11,228 nucleotides of DNA from Pseudobdellovibrionaceae bacterium. GTDB lineage: Bacteria > Bdellovibrionota > Bdellovibrionia > Bdellovibrionales > Bdellovibrionaceae. Under the pieces are notes generated by a model. The model was given only the letters and a program-made list of their open reading frames with translations, was not told the DNA's origin and did no database searches. Positions within the stretch are counted from its first letter, which is position 1. Each line of letters starts with the position of its first letter. Below are positions 6,632 through 11,228 of the stretch, piece by piece. The translations under genes and the position numbers were made by a program. Location: assembly GCA_044359815.1 (NCBI GenBank), contig JBIKLL010000084.1:1-11228 (forward strand). Direction: 5' to 3'.

Positions 6632-7990
6632 ATGAAAATAATTTTCGTGGATGACTCCACTGATGACTTAAGGATTTTTTCTGTATTTGCTAAAAACAAA
6701 AACATATCTCATATTTGTTTTTCTGACCCCCTGTTGGCGATTGAACATATTAAACAAAACCAATCCGAAAAGTTTTTGATTGTATGCGACGTTTTCATGC
6801 CTCAAATGAACGGATTTGATTTTCTGGATGCCATCCAAAAATTGCTGTCACACTCCCCGATTATTTTCACCTCAGGAGCCGCTGAAATTGATATTCCCAT
6901 AAGAGCCCTACGCAGTGGGGCTTTAGACTATTTGCCAAAGCCAATAGGCATTTCCGAATTAGAAACCAGAATTTACAGGGCGATAAAATTGCTGAGCTCT
7001 GCCGAAATCTCGAATGCCATTGGCATCCCAGAAAAACTGCAACCCATGAATTCAAAATATTCCTATGTAATTGGCAAAAATGAAGACAGCCAAAAACTGA
7101 TGGCATTTATTGAAAGGCTTTCTCCCTTTGACTCTTCAGTCTTTATCACGGGGGAAAGCGGCGTGGGTAAAGAAAACATCGCCCGACTGATTCACCAAAA
7201 AAGCCCCAGGGGAAATCGGGATTTCACTGCGATAAACTGCGCCTCCATTCCTGAAAATTTGGTTGAATCAGAACTGTTCGGACATGTTAAAGGCGCTTTT
7301 ACGAGTGCCGATCGTGATAACCCAGGTCTGTTTGTTAATGCCCATATGGGAACTTTATTTTTGGATGAGGTTGCAGAGTTGTCATTGTCAGTACAGGCAA
7401 AACTGTTAAGGGTCTTGCAAGAAATGGAAGTCAGACCCGTGGGAGGAAAAAAATCTGTACCTGTTGATGTCAGAGTTATTTGCGCCACGCACAGGAATAT
7501 TCATCAAATGATCCAAGACGAAGCTTTCAGGAGCGACTTATTTTACCGTCTTAACGTGATACCTATAAACATAAAACCTCTGCGCGAACGCCCCGAGGAC
7601 CTGAAACAGTTGATCAGTCATTTTATGCAGAAAATGTCATCCAGGTTCAAAATTCAAAAATCCTTAAGCGATCAAGCCCTGCAGTTTCTAAAACAGTATC
7701 ATTACCCAGGTAATGTGCGAGAACTGCAAAATCTTATCGAACGAGCTTTTATATTAAGTACGAACAATTCAATCGAAGTCAGCGACTTTAATCTGCAACC
7801 CTCAACCCCAATAGCTTCGAGCACATTTTTCAAATTGGGACCAATAATGCCCACACTAGAACAAGTCGAAATGGCTTACATCAAAGAAGTCTTGGATCAC
7901 AATCAGTCCAAAAAAAAGGCGGCAGAAATATTAGGTATTGGACGAAAAACTCTGTTTCGAAAAGAGCTCACAGCAAAGCAATCAGTATAG
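6632..7990 (+). CDS. Sigma54-dependent NtrC/AtoC/ZraR-family response regulator (REC-AAA+-Fis HTH)
   Basis: REC: IIFVDD, CDVFMP, YLPKP. AAA+: Walker A GESGVGKE, ESELFGHVKGAFTSA, Walker B LFLDEV, QAKLLRVLQE, FRSDLFYRLNV, YPGNVREL. HTH: KKKAAEILGIGRKTLFRK. Start is 6632 (MKIIFVDD) or 6614. Confidence 0.96.
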   Translation: MKIIFVDDSTDDLRIFSVFAKNKNISHICFSDPLLAIEHIKQNQSEKFLIVCDVFMPQMNGFDFLDAIQKLLSHSPIIFTSGAAEIDIPIRALRSGALDYLPKPIGISELETRIYRAIKLLSSAEISNAIGIPEKLQPMNSKYSYVIGKNEDSQKLMAFIERLSPFDSSVFITGESGVGKENIARLIHQKSPRGNRDFTAINCASIPENLVESELFGHVKGAFTSADRDNPGLFVNAHMGTLFLDEVAELSLSVQAKLLRVLQEMEVRPVGGKKSVPVDVRVICATHRNIHQMIQDEAFRSDLFYRLNVIPINIKPLRERPEDLKQLISHFMQKMSSRFKIQKSLSDQALQFLKQYHYPGNVRELQNLIERAFILSTNNSIEVSDFNLQPSTPIASSTFFKLGPIMPTLEQVEMAYIKEVLDHNQSKKKAAEILGIGRKTLFRKELTAKQSV

Positions 7991-7992
7991 TG

Positions 7993-8005
7993 GGTCAAAT
8001 TGACA
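7993..8005. promoter_or_regulatory. Putative enhancer palindrome
   Basis: GGTCA-AAT-TGACA starts 3 bp after the activator stop codon and 73 bp upstream of a sigma54-like promoter. A weaker TGATC half-site follows at 8021. Confidence 0.6.
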
Positions 8006-8065
8006 TCTATCAGATTTTTTTGATCCAAGACTGCCAGCTGTCATCAATAGAGAGTGGTTTCATAA

Positions 8066-8081
8066 TGGCACGTTTGTTGTA
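8066..8081 (+). promoter_or_regulatory. Putative sigma54 promoter for the membrane protein-kinase-DHp operon
   Basis: TGGCACGTTTGTTGTA has a perfect -24 box (TGGCACG) and correct spacing, with TTGT instead of TTGC at -12. Confidence 0.65.
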
Positions 8082-8127
8082 CCTACAGTCTTTTGAAAGC
8101 AAACAAAAAAAACAAAAGCGAGGGGAT

Positions 8128-8469
8128 ATGAAAACAATTTTTAGCATTATAGTAACAGTTGCGATGATCTTTCTGTCGATCACAGTTTTTCTGTGGTTAC
8201 CATTTGTCTTGGTTGGGTTGATAGTTTATGGAATTCCATTATATCTTTTGGCATTCCTGCCTGGTCTTGCTCCCTACCCTACCATCGCAAAAACAAATCA
8301 AAGGCCGGCTGTCCCGATCAGACATCTGAAATTCATAGATACAACAAGAAAAGAATTGCGACTGATTCCTGGATCAAATTTATCCTACATACGAGTTCCG
8401 TTGATACAAAATCAAATGACAAAGCATCCGCATCTGACAAAAAGATTTAATCCTAAGATTGTCCAGTGA
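8128..8469 (+). CDS. Small membrane protein (113 aa; N-terminal hydrophobic hairpin, basic C-terminal tail)
   Basis: RBS GAGGGG (8120-8125) and ATG 8128. MKTIFSIIVTVAMIFLSITVFLWLPFVLVGLIVYGIPLYLLAFLPG gives about 2 TM segments. The stop is 1 nt before the kinase ATG. Confidence 0.75.
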   Translation: MKTIFSIIVTVAMIFLSITVFLWLPFVLVGLIVYGIPLYLLAFLPGLAPYPTIAKTNQRPAVPIRHLKFIDTTRKELRLIPGSNLSYIRVPLIQNQMTKHPHLTKRFNPKIVQ

Positions 8470-8470
8470 C

Positions 8471-10627
8471 ATGAAGATTAAAAGTCCATTAAAGGCCGTC
8501 AGAAAAAAACTTATGCTTCCGGAAGACCTGGTCAGTTTGGTTTTTGAGAATCTGCCTTCTATGGTCACAATTAAAAATACAAGAACTCTGAAATACGTTT
8601 ACATTAACAAAGTTGGCGAGGGGATTATGGGCGTCACGCAAAAGTTTATTGTAGGTAAGCGAGAACCTGATGTGTTTTCGCACCAAAACGAAAATGAGGT
8701 TTTAAAAAATGAACGGGAAGTTATTAAACAAAACTTAGTTGTGGATTATCCCACGGCTTTATTGGTAACACCTACAGGCATAAAATGTTTTAAAAAAAGA
8801 GCCATTCCATTCACTTCGAAACAAGATGGCGCTACGTATCTGATAGAAGTTTACGAAGACATGACCGAGTTTGTTTTACCAACCAAAAGAAAATCTTCAG
8901 CGAAAAGGCAAAGCCAAGAAATTCTGGATAAACTTAAAAACGCCAGGCGCGTGAATTTTATGAACGATGCAACAGCCGCCCTGAATGGCACTCTGGATAC
9001 AGAAGATCTGATTGAAGATTTTGCAGCCGTTGTTGTCAAAGACATCGCTGATTGGTGCTGTGTGGATTTGTTTGATACCACAGGTAATTCAATTAAAAGA
9101 CAAATTTCAAAACACAAGCACAACGCATTGACAATCGAGGCCACCGTTTGGAACAGTTTGGAGCATTCATCAAAACTAAATCAAAATACAATTTCAGATT
9201 TAATACTGCAGAAAAAACCCTATCTGTACCAACTGTCCCATATCACCAAAGACACCAAGATTTATCGAGTCACTGACAAAAACAACGATGCCTCATTTAC
9301 GGCTCAGTCAGCAATGATCATTCCCTTGGTCAGTTACAAAAAAATCATTGGCTTGATAGCTCTGCTGTCGACAAGTAAAAACAATATCTACTCGGAGCTG
9401 GACTTGCTGTTTGCCGTCGAAATTGCAAAACGAGTTTCCTTAGCCATTGAAAACGCCAATTTATTTACCAGGGCTAATGAATCCAATAGAACCAAAAGTT
9501 CTTTCTTAGCAAATATGAGCCATGAAATCAGAACCCCACTGGGTGCTATGATTGGTTTTGCGGATTTAGCCCTTGGTGATGGCAATCTGAGCGATACCCA
9601 AAGGGACTACATTTTAAAGGTGATAAGAAACGGAAAACAAGTTTTAAATCTGGTTGATGACATATTGGATCTGTCAAAAATTGAATCAGACTTTATGCAC
9701 ATTGAAAAAATATCATTTCAATTCTCTAAAATTATTGAAGACATCAAGTCGATGCTAGAAATCCGAGCCAAAGACAAAAATATAAAACTGGAATTGGTTT
9801 TGGAGCAGGGATTGACAGATTCAAAACTGATCACAGATCCCAATAGGCTTAGGCAGATTCTGATAAATGTTATTGGAAATGCAGTTAAATTTACCGAGAC
9901 CGGAATTGTTCGTGTGGAATTCAAACTGGTCAAAGAAAATACCTTAAACTATTTACAAGCAGATGTCACAGACACTGGGATTGGAATAGCTGAACACCAA
10001 CAGAAAAATCTGTTCAATGCCTTTTTGCAATTGGACCCTTCTAACAACAGGAGATTTGGCGGAACTGGTTTGGGGTTATTCTTATCCCGAAAGCTGGCAA
10101 AATTGTTGGGTGGAGATATTATCTTGGTCAAATCTGATGAAACTAATGGATCACACTTTAGAGCCTCGATTCAAGTTGAAATTGTCGAGGCCTCCATGGA
10201 CCAAAAATCTGAACAAGATTTAGAGTCAGAGACACCGAAATCCAGCAACCCGGTTTTTGTAGGATCAGTCTTGATCGTAGATGATTCTGAAGACAATTTA
10301 ACTTTGCTGGGACATTATCTAAAAAACCTTAACATCCACAGCGAAAGCGTTAATTCGGGTAAAGAAGCCATTGCACGAGCCCTTCGGCATCCTTACGATT
10401 TGATTTTACTCGACATTCAAATGCCTGATCTGGATGGGTACGAGGTCGTGCAATTACTAAGACTTAAAAATTACACAAAACCTGTTGTTGCACTCACTGC
10501 CCACGCTATGAAAGGTGACCGTAAAAAATGCCTGGAAGCTGGATTCACAGATTATTTATCAAAGCCAATTGATAAAATTCAATTAACAAAAATCCTTACC
10601 CTTTTTCTGAAGCAAAAGGATAAGTAA
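8471..10627 (+). CDS. Cytoplasmic hybrid sensor histidine kinase (PAS-GAF-HisKA-HATPase-REC)
   Basis: PAS-like VFENLPSMVTIKN..YVYINK. GAF: IADWCCVDL...SAMIIPL...RVSLAIENA. H-box FLANMSHEIRTPL, N-box NVIGNAVKFT, G1 DTGIGI, G2 GGTGLGL. REC: LIVDD, LLDIQMP, LTA, SKP. No TM segment and no Hpt. Confidence 0.96.
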   Translation: MKIKSPLKAVRKKLMLPEDLVSLVFENLPSMVTIKNTRTLKYVYINKVGEGIMGVTQKFIVGKREPDVFSHQNENEVLKNEREVIKQNLVVDYPTALLVTPTGIKCFKKRAIPFTSKQDGATYLIEVYEDMTEFVLPTKRKSSAKRQSQEILDKLKNARRVNFMNDATAALNGTLDTEDLIEDFAAVVVKDIADWCCVDLFDTTGNSIKRQISKHKHNALTIEATVWNSLEHSSKLNQNTISDLILQKKPYLYQLSHITKDTKIYRVTDKNNDASFTAQSAMIIPLVSYKKIIGLIALLSTSKNNIYSELDLLFAVEIAKRVSLAIENANLFTRANESNRTKSSFLANMSHEIRTPLGAMIGFADLALGDGNLSDTQRDYILKVIRNGKQVLNLVDDILDLSKIESDFMHIEKISFQFSKIIEDIKSMLEIRAKDKNIKLELVLEQGLTDSKLITDPNRLRQILINVIGNAVKFTETGIVRVEFKLVKENTLNYLQADVTDTGIGIAEHQQKNLFNAFLQLDPSNNRRFGGTGLGLFLSRKLAKLLGGDIILVKSDETNGSHFRASIQVEIVEASMDQKSEQDLESETPKSSNPVFVGSVLIVDDSEDNLTLLGHYLKNLNIHSESVNSGKEAIARALRHPYDLILLDIQMPDLDGYEVVQLLRLKNYTKPVVALTAHAMKGDRKKCLEAGFTDYLSKPIDKIQLTKILTLFLKQKDK

Positions 10628-10630
10628 GTC

Positions 10631-10828
10631 ATGACCACTGCAGACAACCACAGCAAACTAATACATAACCTCAGAAATTCAATCGGAGCCATGCAGTTAG
10701 CGACAGATCTGCTGCTGAAATTTCCACAGATGAGCCCCGAAGATAAATCTGAAACAATCATCATCATCAACCGACAATTAAAAAAACTGACAGAACTTAT
10801 CAAAGCTGTCACAGAAAATCAGAACTAG
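10631..10828 (+). CDS. Stand-alone HisKA/DHp-like mini-protein (65 aa)
   Basis: Starts 3 nt after the kinase stop. LIHNLRNSIGAMQLATDLL...IINRQLKKLTELIKAV matches the two-helix HisKA pattern (lsHElRnPL.aI....elL ... I.r...rl..li.dl). Confidence 0.72.
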   Translation: MTTADNHSKLIHNLRNSIGAMQLATDLLLKFPQMSPEDKSETIIIINRQLKKLTELIKAVTENQN

Positions 10829-10836
10829 CACCAGCT

Positions 10837-10871
10837 GGTCTTAGTGACCCTGATGATTTAATTTCTGACCC
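10837..10871. promoter_or_regulatory. Putative enhancer site pair
   Basis: GGTCT-TAG-TGACC (10837-10849) and TTAAT-TTC-TGACC (10858-10870), 21 bp apart. The first site is 72 bp upstream of a sigma54-like promoter. Confidence 0.55.
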
Positions 10872-10908
10872 GAATAATTTTTCAGATCATCGAAATCAGA
10901 ACAAACCC

Positions 10909-10924
10909 TGGCATTTAAAGTGCA
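10909..10924 (+). promoter_or_regulatory. Putative sigma54 promoter
   Basis: TGGCATTTAAAGTGCA: TGGCA at -24, TGCA at -12, GG-N10-GC spacing. Confidence 0.68.
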
Positions 10925-11003
10925 GGGACTAAAATAAAACTACAAATCAATGTTCCGAAATAAATCCGAACAAAAGATTTGGATAAATAAAAAGGAGAGC
11001 GAA

Positions 11004-11228
11004 ATGATCACTCAACGACTTAAACTAGGAACTGGGGCTTTAGTGATGCTATTGTCGATTCTGGCTTCCGCGGAAGATCTGGCCAATCCTTCGGATGTTC
11101 CCTATGATTCAGCCTTTGAATCTGTTTTTCAATTGGATGACAGCTTCCCTGACAGTCAGGAGCAATTGGTAGACGACTACCAGTCCTATGATGTTTCCGC
11201 GGAATTCAGCGAAGATCCCACGGACTTT
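11004..11228 (+). CDS. Secreted acidic protein, N-terminal part; runs off the right edge
   Basis: Not in the ORF track. RBS AAAGGAG, ATG 11004, open to the end: MITQRLKLGTGALVMLLSILASA-EDLANPSDVPYDSAFESVFQLDDSFPDSQEQLVDDYQSYDVSAEFSEDPTDF. AxA signal peptidase site. Confidence 0.8.
   Translation, partial: MITQRLKLGTGALVMLLSILASAEDLANPSDVPYDSAFESVFQLDDSFPDSQEQLVDDYQSYDVSAEFSEDPTDF

Noticed and set aside
6526..8005. Perfect TTGACA hexamers at 6526 and 8000 as sigma70 -35 boxes
   Set aside because: No convincing -10 box lies 16-18 bp downstream. They are better explained as halves of the palindromic motif.
7990..8127. GTG-started extension of the membrane protein ORF
   Set aside because: It spans the enhancer and sigma54 promoter. 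The RBS and ATG at 8128 are much better.
677..10812. Other short overlapping ORFs in the track (e.g. 677-901, 1057-1284, 2718-2984, 3445-3744, 5050-5292, 5289-5495, 6444-6635, 7192-7488, 8193-8450, 8851-9144, 10579-10812)
   Set aside because: They are antisense or off-frame to well-supported genes or lie over regulatory DNA, with no recognisable motifs.

Overview
AT-rich bacterial chromosomal window. The many secreted hypothetical proteins and lipoproteins suggest a Bdellovibrionota-like host, which is inference only. The left half holds a truncated secreted M28 leucyl-aminopeptidase-like gene (-), then a secreted protein with FAM20C/Four-jointed-like kinase motifs (+). That gene converges on a secreted PTP/DSP-fold protein with a non-canonical HCWNGWHASG P-loop (-), and a 52-bp-arm inverted repeat separates the two. 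A YitT membrane protein and a Ser/Thr-rich lipoprotein follow. The right half looks like a sigma54-dependent signalling/stress module: a CsbD-family gene, two small ORFs, an NtrC-family activator, a small membrane protein, a PAS-GAF hybrid histidine kinase without Hpt, a 65-aa stand-alone HisKA(DHp)-like protein and the start of an acidic secreted protein. Three -24/-12 promoter matches and four intergenic copies of a GGTCA-N3-TGAC(C/A)-like palindrome, mostly as 21-bp-spaced pairs, suggest a local regulon. No rRNA, tRNA, CRISPR array or transposase was seen.
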